Source: a candidate division LCP-89 bacterium
GTDB lineage: Bacteria > Electryoneota > B3-LCP
DNA: 64,000 nt
NCBI GenBank assembly: GCA_025774555.1
Contig: JALGVT010000004.1
Location: 12,013 to 76,012, forward strand
Reading direction: 5' to 3'
Positions 50,290 to 59,600 of the stretch are shown here, piece by piece. Numbering within the stretch: position 1 is the stretch's first letter; each line of letters opens with the position of its first letter. Position numbers and translations under genes: made by a program. Under the pieces are notes generated by a model. It was not told the origin of the DNA, did no database searches, and worked only from the letters and a program-made list of their open reading frames with translations.

Positions 50290-51468
50290 ATGCAAAAGAG
50301 GCAGATAAAGGAAAACATTTATTGGATGGGAGCCGTTGATTGGGACAGGCGCCTTTTTGATTCTCTCATCCCGCTTCCAGATGGCACTTCTTACAATGCC
50401 TACCTGGTTGAAGGGAGCGAGAAAACCGCTTTGTTGGACACTGTCGATCCGTCTATGTCCGATGAGTTAATGAGACAACTGGACGGGGTTTCCAGAATTG
50501 ATTTTATCATCTCTAATCATGCGGAGCAGGATCATTCAGGGACCATCCCCCGGGTTCTTGACAGGTTTCCGAAAGCGAAAGTTGTCTCGACCCCCAAGGC
50601 TAAGCAGATGCTTATTGATCTGCTCAAAATCCCCGAGAGCGCCTTCGTTACCGTGACAGACGGCGAAACGTTATCCCTTGGCGACAAGACCCTGAAGTTC
50701 ATTCATACGCCCTGGGTGCATTGGCCGGAAACCATGGTGACTTACCTGGAAGAAGATCGTATCCTCTTCAGTTGTGATTTCTATGGTTCCCATATCGCGA
50801 GCACCGATCTTTATGTGACCGATCAGGGGCGTGTGTACGAGGCGGCTAAACGCTACTATGCCGAGGTCATGATGCCCTTTCGGAGCGTTATCGCAAAAAA
50901 TATCGAGAAACTCAAGGCGTATGATCCCCAAATAATTGCTCCCAGTCACGGGCAAATCTATGATCGCCCATCATGGATCATGGAGGCTTATCGAGACTGG
51001 GTAATCGGTCCACCTAAAAACACGGTCGTATTGCCCTTTGTATCCATGCATGACAGCACCAAACAAATGGTCGATCATCTGGTGTCGGCTCTGGTGGAAA
51101 ACGGTGTTCGAGTCGAACCGTTCAATTTGGTGGTCACCGATATCGGCAAACTTGCCATGGCTCTGGTGGATGCAGGCACGGTGGTCATCGGCACTCCCTG
51201 CGTTCTGATCGGACCTCATCCTATCGCCGCTTACGCCGCATTCCTGGCGAATGCACTGCGACCCAAAACAAAATTCCTTTCCATCATCGGTTCCTATGGA
51301 TGGGGTGGGAAGACCGTGGAAACACTCGCGGGAATGATCCCCAATCTGAAAGTTGAAGTATTGGAGCCTGTTTTGTGCAAAGGGGCACCTTTGGAGGCTG
51401 ATTTTAAGGCGTTGGATGTTTTAGCCGCCGCCATTGCGGAAAAGCACAAAGAAAACGATTTCATTTAA
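50290..51468 (+). CDS. class A flavodiiron protein (metallo-beta-lactamase-like plus flavodoxin-like domains)
   Basis: The diiron motif HAEQDH lies in ...IISNHAEQDHSG... A C-terminal flavodoxin-like domain follows. 392 aa. Confidence 0.85.
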   Translation: MQKRQIKENIYWMGAVDWDRRLFDSLIPLPDGTSYNAYLVEGSEKTALLDTVDPSMSDELMRQLDGVSRIDFIISNHAEQDHSGTIPRVLDRFPKAKVVSTPKAKQMLIDLLKIPESAFVTVTDGETLSLGDKTLKFIHTPWVHWPETMVTYLEEDRILFSCDFYGSHIASTDLYVTDQGRVYEAAKRYYAEVMMPFRSVIAKNIEKLKAYDPQIIAPSHGQIYDRPSWIMEAYRDWVIGPPKNTVVLPFVSMHDSTKQMVDHLVSALVENGVRVEPFNLVVTDIGKLAMALVDAGTVVIGTPCVLIGPHPIAAYAAFLANALRPKTKFLSIIGSYGWGGKTVETLAGMIPNLKVEVLEPVLCKGAPLEADFKALDVLAAAIAEKHKENDFI

Positions 51469-51659
51469 ACGCAAGTATATACTGGGATCCAGTATTTCCT
51501 GTCAGGAACAGCTATGGAGTCTCCCGTTATGTTGTGTTCCCTTTGTTGCTGATGCTCTTCTAATATCTCAGGTGGGTGGCATGCTTCTGGATCACCGCAG
51601 GTGAGACGAAGTATGTTTTGCTATAATTAAAAGTGGTTCCTCTAAAAAGGAGATATAAA

Positions 51660-51974
51660 ATGAATCTACTAGGCGACGAAGAAGATCGGCTTCCATTTCC
51701 CACCATACCAACTGAGATCAATGGAGTAAAGATTGAAGAGTACATTATCCCTGATGAGGATAAAGCTGAGGTTTTAAAGCAACTCTATTTATCTGATCCC
51801 GTACCATCCCTCGATGAGAAAAAGTACGATCTCCATGCTGGAAAGATGTTTGTGGTTCGTGATTTCCGAGTTACCCGCGAGCATAACCGTAACTGGCTTG
51901 TAAGCCCCTATTATTATGAAGCAGGTGGCACCGTTATTGACTGGCTCCCACCCGAATTTGCTGATGACCTTTGA
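51660..51974 (+). CDS. hypothetical protein (104 aa)
   Basis: The ATG at 51660 is preceded by AAAAAGGAG and an extended -10 (TGCTATAAT). No family was recognised. Confidence 0.55.
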   Translation: MNLLGDEEDRLPFPTIPTEINGVKIEEYIIPDEDKAEVLKQLYLSDPVPSLDEKKYDLHAGKMFVVRDFRVTREHNRNWLVSPYYYEAGGTVIDWLPPEFADDL

Positions 51975-51995
51975 GTACCCAGTAGATACATTCCC

Positions 51996-52114
51996 GTTGC
52001 GTCGGGTCCTTAGTGCAACGGAGACCTGACGCCCAAAACACGCACAAATAAAGGTGTCAGGTCACATCTGTCAGCAGACGGATACCGAAGGCACAGGCAA
52101 GACCTGACACAACA
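51996..52114 (+). repeat. 119-nt structured palindromic repeat, copy 3
   Basis: GTTGCGTCGGGTC...GACCTGAC...GTCAGGTC...ATCTGTCAGCAGACGGAT...GACCTGACACAACA. Confidence 0.85.
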
Positions 52115-52167
52115 GATAACGATCCCCCTTATATTAACCACTAATCGCAATCGTACACAGTTTCCAC

Positions 52168-52196
52168 TTGACTTTAACCTTTCCTTTGGATATATT
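52168..52196 (+). promoter_or_regulatory. sigma70-type promoter (TTGACT-17-TATATT)
   Basis: Exact hexamers 76 nt upstream of the 52272 ATG. Confidence 0.45.
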
Positions 52197-52271
52197 CAGG
52201 CAATCAGGTAATCAAATCGTTTGCAGTCATCATACTATTATTGTTTTATCCATATCAAAAGGAGATATCTT

Positions 52272-52469
52272 ATGAGTGCGAAAAACCTCGGCTGGCCTTT
52301 GATCGGTTTTGCTATCGTAATAGGCATTTTGCGGTTGATGGATGTTATTGGCACCAATGTTACCGCGGTCCTGATCATGGGTGCGATCTGCGCGGTGGGC
52401 GGTATCGCAGGCGCTAATGCGGCAAAAATGAAAAAGCAGGACGAGGCTGAATCCAACGAACAACAGTGA
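52272..52469 (+). CDS. small membrane protein (65 aa, two predicted TM helices)
   Basis: The ATG at 52272 follows AAAAGGAG. It reads MSAKNLGWPLIGFAIVIGILRLMDVIGTNVTAVLIMGAICAVGGIAGANAAKMKK... Confidence 0.55.
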   Translation: MSAKNLGWPLIGFAIVIGILRLMDVIGTNVTAVLIMGAICAVGGIAGANAAKMKKQDEAESNEQQ

Positions 52470-52518
52470 ATGGCACTTCTTAACGGGAGATTGTAATTCA
52501 CACATAATAGGAGCAAAA

Positions 52519-52959
52519 ATGAGTGCCAAAACTAAGATAGGAATCATTATATGTGATCGCTACCGCCGCTGCGCAGGCGGGAAGTGCCTCCGTGCCATGA
52601 GAAACAGGGAGGGCGCTTTTGATATATATGGTGATCTGGAATTGGTCGGCTATACAACCTGTGATGGCTGTCCTGGAGGTAACATTGAATACGCCGGTGA
52701 AGAGATGGTGAAGAATGGGGCGCAGGTTATTCATCTGGCTACTGGTTTGATCGTCGGCTATCCGCCCTGTCCTTACATCAGCACATTTAAATCGTTCCTA
52801 GAATATCGCTATGGCGTTAAGGTCGTGGCGGGCACGCATCCCATACCGAAGAAATATCTGGATATGCACACGCGTTTGGGAACCTGGGAAGACCCTGCCT
52901 GGAAGCCGCTTCTCGAACCAACCATGGCTGATGATGCCACCCGCAAGGCTTATGATTAA
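52519..52959 (+). CDS. CGGC-domain protein (putative metal-binding)
   Basis: The Cys pattern ...ICDRYRRCAGGKC...TTCDGCPGG... is typical of the CGGC family. 146 aa. Confidence 0.7.
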   Translation: MSAKTKIGIIICDRYRRCAGGKCLRAMRNREGAFDIYGDLELVGYTTCDGCPGGNIEYAGEEMVKNGAQVIHLATGLIVGYPPCPYISTFKSFLEYRYGVKVVAGTHPIPKKYLDMHTRLGTWEDPAWKPLLEPTMADDATRKAYD

Positions 52960-52969
52960 GTCTATTCCT

Positions 52970-53088
52970 GTTGCGTCAGGTCTTGAGCGCAGCGGAGACC
53001 TGATGCCTAAAACACGCACAAATAAAGGTGTCAGATGATATCCGTCAGCCGACGGATACCGAAGGCACAGGCAAGGCCTGACACAACA
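52970..53088 (+). repeat. 119-nt structured palindromic repeat, copy 4 (central octamers degenerate)
   Basis: GTTGCGTCAGGTC...GACCTGAT...GTCAGATG...ATCCGTCAGCCGACGGAT...GGCCTGACACAACA. Confidence 0.85.
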
Positions 53089-53212
53089 GATAATTTGAAT
53101 CCTCCGAAGAAAATTCGGGGGCTTTTTATTTTGGAGGGACGCGTATCATCGTTTGTACAGGTACTTGTGTATTTGCAGATAAGAAAAATATTGGCAGATT
53201 TTATTAAACTGC

Positions 53213-53241
53213 TTGACTTTTAATATTTTTTTTTGTATATT
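53213..53241 (+). promoter_or_regulatory. sigma70-type promoter (TTGACT-17-TATATT)
   Basis: Exact hexamers 64 nt upstream of the 53305 ATG. Confidence 0.45.
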
Positions 53242-53304
53242 ATTTAACAAGACTGTTACCCCCCGGGGGTGATAAAATCATATCATGTTGATAATACTAT
53301 AATT

Positions 53305-54156
53305 ATGAATCATAACAGAAATTTAGAGTTCTTAAATTGTCTGGCAGACATCGGTATGAGCGAGAGAGAAGCTCGAGTATATCTAGCCCTACTCAACCGG
53401 GGATGCGCCACTGCCACAGATTTACAAAAGATATCCGGTGTGCCTCAGAGTAAAGTCTATGAGATTATTGACAGCCTCTCCCGTCAGGGATATTGTCTCG
53501 AGAGAAAAGTCGGCAGGAAGAAGACTTTCGAGGTGATAGATCCTGTGGTTACGCTCACTGGGCATTTCGAGGAACTTCAGGAAAGACTCAAGAAATCTAT
53601 CAACTTGAAGAAGGAATTAGAAGAACTCTACACAGGCTGCGAAAATGCCTCTGATCCTCTCGAGTATATCGAAGTTCTGCACGGCAATGAAATCATTCAC
53701 CACCACTATTGTCACCTGGTGAACAATACGAAAGAAGAGCTGCTGGGTTTTGGCAGAGGACCGTATGCCTGTGATACCGAAGGCAAATCCGCACAGCAGG
53801 ATGAGGAGGAATCGGGCATTTTAAAGCGCGGCGGCATTGTTCGTTGGGTTTATGAGATCAATCTACCGGATGACGAATGGATTTTCAGGGATCTGGATCC
53901 GCTTTGTGAAAAGGGTGTGCAGATCCGTGTTGCCAAGAGTCTTCCTATTAAGATGATGATATTCGACAGGCAATCGCTTTTGGTCGCTGAGGAAGAGCCT
54001 CTGGCACAGCGCGGTGAACTGACGATGTCGATCATAAAACAGGGGACCATCGTCAATGCATTCCGAGCATTGTTCGAGTTCTTCTGGGATCACTCTACCG
54101 ACCTGAAAAAATGGAAAGAAAACGAGTATTATTCACTTGAGGACAATTCTATCTGA
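53305..54156 (+). CDS. TrmB-family transcriptional regulator
   Basis: The N-terminal wHTH is ...GMSEREARVYLALLNRGCATATDLQKISGVPQSKVYEIIDSLSRQGY, followed by a TrmB-like C-domain. An alternative GTG start lies at 53269. Confidence 0.75.
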   Translation: MNHNRNLEFLNCLADIGMSEREARVYLALLNRGCATATDLQKISGVPQSKVYEIIDSLSRQGYCLERKVGRKKTFEVIDPVVTLTGHFEELQERLKKSINLKKELEELYTGCENASDPLEYIEVLHGNEIIHHHYCHLVNNTKEELLGFGRGPYACDTEGKSAQQDEEESGILKRGGIVRWVYEINLPDDEWIFRDLDPLCEKGVQIRVAKSLPIKMMIFDRQSLLVAEEEPLAQRGELTMSIIKQGTIVNAFRALFEFFWDHSTDLKKWKENEYYSLEDNSI

Positions 54157-54203
54157 TATAATCAAGAAACAAAACAAAAGACAAACATCAAGAGGGATTA
54201 AAA

Positions 54204-54842
54204 ATGGTTCACAAGAAACTGCTTCCTTTGCTCGCACTGATTACTGCACTGCTGGTAACAGTCCCTGCGTTCCCGCAAACTCAGATCAGCGGAAATCAAT
54301 CGGGAACACTTGGTCCGGATACCTATTTGGTCGTGGGTGATATCTCTGTGCCCGCCGGGCAGACTTTGCTGATTATGCCGGGTTCGGTTTTCTTCCACAA
54401 TGGAAACCATACCTGGAAAATTTACGGTCAATTGAACGCCGATGGCATCGAGGGTGACAGCATCAGTTTTATCCGCCAGAATCCCATCAATGAACACCGC
54501 TGGGGCGGAATCCGCTTCCAGACGGGCGCGTCGGCAAGCACAATTGATTATTGCGTTATCGACCAGTGCTATCATCCGTCAACTCCCGCTCTGTATGGAG
54601 GCGGTATTTACACTAACGGCGTCGCCATCACCATTACCAACACACGCGTATCCAACTGCATAAACTACTCCGACGGCGGCGGTATTTATGCCAATAACGC
54701 GGCTATTGTCATCGACAATTGCGTTGTAGTTGATTGTAAAGCCTTAGGTGGTGATAATGGAGGCGGTATTTGTCTGGTGAACAGCGACAATGCTGAGATT
54801 ACGCATTCTATCATCGCTCGAAACCAGGCGACCGGCACGTGA
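54204..54842 (+). CDS. secreted right-handed beta-helix (PbH1) repeat protein, N-terminal part ending at an in-frame TGA
   Basis: It has a signal peptide and repeats such as ...GGGIYTNG.A..I.N..V.NC... The same frame stays open after the TGA at 54840-54842. Confidence 0.7.
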   Translation: MVHKKLLPLLALITALLVTVPAFPQTQISGNQSGTLGPDTYLVVGDISVPAGQTLLIMPGSVFFHNGNHTWKIYGQLNADGIEGDSISFIRQNPINEHRWGGIRFQTGASASTIDYCVIDQCYHPSTPALYGGGIYTNGVAITITNTRVSNCINYSDGGGIYANNAAIVIDNCVVVDCKALGGDNGGGICLVNSDNAEITHSIIARNQATGT

Positions 54843-55049
54843 GGCACCTGTGGAGGCGGCGGGATCCGCTGCTACGGTTCAGATGCCTATATTGCCTACA
54901 ATTTAATCTACGATAACGACTCTCACATCTATGGCGCAGGAATATTCGCCTATCAAGCTTCTCCAGAATTAGTCAACAATACCATCACCAAGAACGTCTG
55001 CATACCCACATATTCCGGTTCACGCGCCGGTGGTGTTTTTGCCTATGGA

Positions 55050-56030
55050 TTGGCTTCATTTCAGGGCGAAAACAACATCATTTATGACAACGATGCATAT
55101 TCCAATCCTGAGTATCAGGGTACCATGAACCTGCATTACTCTTGCAGTTCACAAACCTTAGCAGGGATTGGCAACACCACCAGTAATCCCCTGTTTGTAA
55201 ATTCTGCTGCAGATAATTACTATCTGCTGGCTGGTTCACCCTGCATAGATACCGGCGATCCCGGTTCTCCACTTGATCCAGATGCGACTCGAGCGGACAT
55301 GGGCGCGCTTTATTTCGATCAAAGCGGCGCGGCGCCGGATATTATCATAGAACTCACTTATGTATCCGGTTCACCCGTTCCGGCGAGCGGCGGTAATCTG
55401 TATTTCGACGTATTTGTCCAGAATGCGGGAACGACGCCGGTAGATTACGATGCCTGGCTCGAGATCGCATATGAAGGCGGTCCTCCTACAACCGTTGTGA
55501 TGCGTTCATTTGCCAACTATATGCCTGCTTGGACCATCAATCGTCCTGGTATGTTCTTCCCAATTTCCAGTTCCTATGCTGCCGGTAATTACACCTTCGG
55601 CGGGAAGGTTGGCATCAATCCGAATACCGTGTGGGATGAAAGCGGCTTCCCGTTCGTGAAATCAGGCACGGACACACGCAGCGAATTCATCCCCTGGGTG
55701 CCTGATGGCGTTCCCAATCCGTTCGATGAAATCATCACAGACAAGGAGGTTGATGGCTTGCTACCTATGGAATTCGCACTGAATACAGCCTATCCCAACC
55801 CCTTCAACCCTGCTACGACACTGGGTTTTGCATTACCTGAAGCTTCACGCGTGAAGCTGACTGTGTATGACATTTCCGGTCGTCTTGTAGCTGAAGTTGT
55901 TGATGGCTGGCATGATGCAGGCTATCATGAGGTGTCATTCAATGCCACACACCTCGCTTCCGGCGTGTACATCTACCGGATGGTGGCAGGTGATTTCACG
56001 GCAACCGGCAAGATGGTGCTGATGAAATAA
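55050..56030 (+). CDS. continuation of the beta-helix protein, with pre-CTD module and T9SS C-terminal domain
   Basis: It is in the same frame as 54204-54842. No stop occurs between 54843 and 56030, and the beta-helix repeats continue through 54843-55300. The end is YPNPFNPATTLGFALP...SGVYIYRM...KMVLMK. Confidence 0.7.
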   Translation: MASFQGENNIIYDNDAYSNPEYQGTMNLHYSCSSQTLAGIGNTTSNPLFVNSAADNYYLLAGSPCIDTGDPGSPLDPDATRADMGALYFDQSGAAPDIIIELTYVSGSPVPASGGNLYFDVFVQNAGTTPVDYDAWLEIAYEGGPPTTVVMRSFANYMPAWTINRPGMFFPISSSYAAGNYTFGGKVGINPNTVWDESGFPFVKSGTDTRSEFIPWVPDGVPNPFDEIITDKEVDGLLPMEFALNTAYPNPFNPATTLGFALPEASRVKLTVYDISGRLVAEVVDGWHDAGYHEVSFNATHLASGVYIYRMVAGDFTATGKMVLMK

Positions 56031-56071
56031 AACGCAGAGTGTGTCATCCCGGACTTGATCCGGGATCCAGT

Positions 56072-56098
56072 AAGGGCGCACGGTGGTGCGCCCTTTTC
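56072..56098 (+). terminator. intrinsic terminator / REP-like hairpin
   Basis: AGGGCGCAC-GGTG-GTGCGCCCT followed by TTTT. Confidence 0.55.
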
Positions 56099-56169
56099 AT
56101 TATTGTCATTCCTGCGAAGGAGGTCTGAAGGTCCATAGGACTCCCACGAAGAATCCTACGGGGAATCCA

Positions 56170-56196
56170 GTAGGGGCGAGGTTACCTCGCCCCTAC
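56170..56196. repeat. REP-like GTAG...CTAC hairpin
   Basis: GTAGGGGCGAGGTTACCTCGCCCCTAC. Confidence 0.6.
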
Positions 56197-56205
56197 AATT
56201 ACATT

Positions 56206-56349
56206 GGGGCTATCCCAAAAGTCTATATGCTGTCATAACGAATGAAGTGTGGTGATCCATAAGAAACTGTATAATATGAGATTGCCACGTCATGCGTCAA
56301 TTGACGGATTCCTCGCAATGACTTAAATGCTTTGTTTTGGAACAGCCTC
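56206..56349. mobile_element. 144-nt MITE-like palindromic element, copy 2
   Basis: GGGGCTATCCCAAAAG...GTCATAACGAATGAAGTGTGGTGATCC...GAGATTGCCACGTCAT...CCTCGCAATGAC...TTTTGGAACAGCCTC. It is collinear with 11536-11680. Confidence 0.6.
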
Positions 56350-56429
56350 TTTTATTGAAACAGAAACCATTCGAATTTCTGTTACTTGAGAAGTGCCAGC
56401 TTACCTTGCGCCTTATAATTATCTGCTTC

Positions 56430-56510
56430 GCACCTGGCGTCAGGCGTGTATTTCTACCGCATCAAAGCGGGCGAATTTTCTGCGGTGCAGAAAATGGTGT
56501 TGATAAAATA
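56430..56510 (+). pseudogene. remnant of a T9SS C-terminal domain (last 26 codons)
   Basis: Translates HLASGVYFYRIKAGEFSAVQKMVLIK*. An in-frame TAA lies immediately upstream, so there is no gene body. Confidence 0.55.
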
Positions 56511-56550
56511 AAACTTTCAAATTGCCATTCCTGCGCAGGCAGGAATCCAG

Positions 56551-56581
56551 AGGGCGCACGTCTGTGCGCCCCCTTTTTTTT
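56551..56581 (+). terminator. intrinsic terminator / REP-like hairpin
   Basis: AGGGCGCAC-GTCT-GTGCGCCC followed by CCTTTTTTTT. Confidence 0.5.
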
Positions 56582-56599
56582 AGCAAAATAATCTAATCC

Positions 56600-56628
56600 T
56601 TGACTTCTGCAATAATAGTCACTATATT
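56600..56628 (+). promoter_or_regulatory. sigma70-type promoter (TTGACT-17-TATATT)
   Basis: Exact hexamers 69 nt upstream of the 56697 ATG. Confidence 0.5.
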
Positions 56629-56696
56629 ATAGCGTCAGTCTAACCAACCAGCACTTACATAATGCCTGATCATAACCTTTCTGGAAAACCATAATC

Positions 56697-59600
56697 ATGA
56701 AGAAACTTCTCTGCATACTTTTCCTGAACCTGATCCTCGCGACTGTTTCGCATTCTGTAGAATGGGTATCCTTAACAGACAATCCAGAGCCGCTCAATGT
56801 CGAAGTACTCGAAACGGACGGTAATCGCACCGTAATTGACTACCAGGTGAACGGCTACCGAACTGATGAAATATTCATCGAGGGACAGAGCTACACCGTT
56901 TTGCAGAGCCTTCCTCGAGAAAGTATGATCGAGGAGCCGGGATTTCCCCGCCTGCCCCGCATCAACCGCTCCCTGCGAATCCCCGATGACGGGATCATGG
57001 GCTTCGAGATCATTTCTGCTGACTATATCGAGGTCACTGATATAGACATCGCTCCCTCCAAAGGACACCTGCTCCGTTCTATCGATCCTGCAACCATCCC
57101 TTATACTTTTGCTGATGTCTATCAGCAGGATGCCTTCTATCCGGGTGACATCGTCAACGTACAAAGGCCGTACATCCTGCGAGATTATCGCGGTGTGGTC
57201 GTTGAACTGAATGCTTTTCAGTATAATCCTGTTTCCCGAGTTCTAAGGATATACACTGATATTACGATAGAAGTGAAGAAGACCGCGTCCGGCGGAGGGA
57301 ATACACTGGTACGTAATCGATCCTTGACCAGGATCGATCCCCAGTTCAGGAAGATCTACCAGCGGCGTTTTTTAAACCAGTCTGCCCTGGATTATCCTTT
57401 CCTGGAGGAATCCGGGGACATGCTGATTATCTGCTACGATGATTTTATGGGTGAAATGTCCGATTTTGTCGATTGGAAGGTTCAGCGCGGTATCCCGACT
57501 GAACTGGTGCCTGCTTCGGAAGCAGGGAGTACTCCCGGGCAGATAAAAAGCTACATTCTAGATTATTATAATACCCATGATTTATGCTATGTGCTGTTTG
57601 TCGGTGATGCTGCTCAGATTCCTACGTTTTCAAGAGATTTGAATTCCGATCCCATCTATTCTCAGTTGGCAGGCAGTGACAGCTACCCTGATATATTCGT
57701 CGGGAGGTTCTCCGCTGAAAACGTTGACCAGGTTGCCACCCAGGTGCAGAGGACGATTGACTACGAAAGATACCCCGATCCATCTGGCAGTTGGTATGAA
57801 GAGGGACTTGGCATTGCCAGCACCGAAGGTCCTTTTCCTGAGCATTATGGCGAATATGATTACACCCACATAACCAACATCGCCTATAAACTGCTGGATC
57901 ATACATATACCCAGGTTGACAGCGCTTACGATCCCTGGTGCACGATGGAAATGGCTGTTGACTTTATCAATGAAGGTAGAAGTATTATATCCTATACAGG
58001 GCATGGCGGCCCCGAGGGCTGGGGGACATCGGGCATATCCACAGCGGAAGTGGATGGGTTTGTAAACAGCAACATGCTTCCGCACGTGAACAGCGTCGCC
58101 TGCAATACGGGTCAGTTCATGGAATATACCTGCCTCGGTGAAGCCTTCCTGCGCGCCACCCACGAGACAACAGGTGAACCCACAGGAGGAATCGGTTTCT
58201 ATGGATCAGTAGAGGGGATGACCGGAGCGCCTCCGCTGGATATGCAGGATGAAGCGATAGATGTGCTCGTTGCCGATTCGATGCTGACCCTGGGAGGGAT
58301 CTATTTCAGCGGTTCAATGCTGATGATGGATAACTACCCTTACCCCGATGTGGGACCGTGGGAATTCTCCAATCTGACCATCTTCGGTGACCCGTCTGTT
58401 AGTCTGCGTGGTGGTGTCCCTTATTCACCGCTGGTATCACACAATCCGGAAGTCCCGGTCGGGACTAATGCTCTTAATGTTACTGTTGTTTCGCCATATG
58501 GTGCAGTGAACGGAGCGATGGTTTGCGGCATGAATCAAGACGTCTATGCTACGGCGGTGACCAACGCTTCAGGACAGGCCACCTTAACCTTCGATCCCCC
58601 GGTCACCGGTACCGGGACTTTAACGTTGACCGTATCTGGTGGCGATATGATTCCCTACGTGGTCGATTTAGACATCATCGATCCTTCTGCTGCATATGTT
58701 ATCTATGAAGATCATACCGTTCAGGATGACCTCACCGGTAACGGCAACGGTCAATTAGAGTTCTACGAAACAGTCGAACTGGGCATCACATTTCAAAACG
58801 ATGGCGCCTCTGCCGGTAATAATATCAGCGGCACCATCACGTCCGATAATCCACTGGTAACCATCAGCAGGGATTCCGTCTGGATAGGCACTATTGCCGC
58901 CGGTTCGTCAACCACTGTTGACCGTGCATTTGAAATCAGCCTGAATCCCGAAATCGAGGATTTAGAACCCGTTACTTTCCTCCTTATCACCACAAACGGC
59001 ATAGATAGCTGGGAATCCAATTTCAGCGTGATTGTACACGCCCCCGATATCGTGTTCTCCGAATTGCTTATTGACGATTCTTCCGGCGGTAACGGAGACA
59101 GTCTCTTAGCCCCGGGTGAAACCGCGGACCTTATCATTAAACTGGGGAATGCAGGATCTTATATTGGCGAAAACATCGAAGCTGTTCTAACCTGTGAAAA
59201 TACACAGGTAGTTATCAATAGCGGCACGATCAATTGCGGTGATATGCTGGCAGGAACGGAAACACGAATCACCTTCAATATCACCGTAGAACCAGATTTT
59301 TATCCCCCGGGAAGTTTCCCCGAATTCACGATCACTATTACTGGGGATCATGGTTATACCAATGAGACAGGTTTCTCAACTACCATTGGCAACGCCAATT
59401 CAATGCCCACCGGTCCCGATAATTACGGCTACATGGCTTACGATCAGAACGATTATCCATTCTTCGTGCAGTACGACTGGATAGAACTGGTCCCGGATTC
59501 CGGCGGTGTGGGCAATCGTGTCCCCTTCACAAATATCGATCAGGTTCATCACCTGGCATTACCATTCGACTTCCAGTATTACGGCATTACTTATGACAGT

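Noticed and set aside
49577-53088. The idea that the 119-nt repeats are canonical integron attC sites.
   Set aside because: attC sites begin with RYYYAAC and end with GTTRRRY. These elements are inside-out, starting GTTGCGT and ending ACACAAC on either strand. No intI-like gene is in the window. The cassette-like layout is kept as a finding, but not the attC label.
49577-53088. A CRISPR array, or SRP-RNA-like sequence, because of the GTCAGGTC...CCGAAGGCA..AGGCAAG similarity to 4.5S domain IV.
   Set aside because: The repeats are about 119 nt long with spacings from about 200 to about 2000 nt that contain genes, so this is not a CRISPR. The resemblance to SRP RNA is limited to short strings, and four SRP copies would make no sense.
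54840-54842. Selenocysteine at the in-frame TGA.
   Set aside because: The downstream hairpin has a 3-nt loop and lacks SECIS-like features. The protein is an extracellular beta-helix, where Sec is not expected. It is retained only as one of several explanations in the finding.
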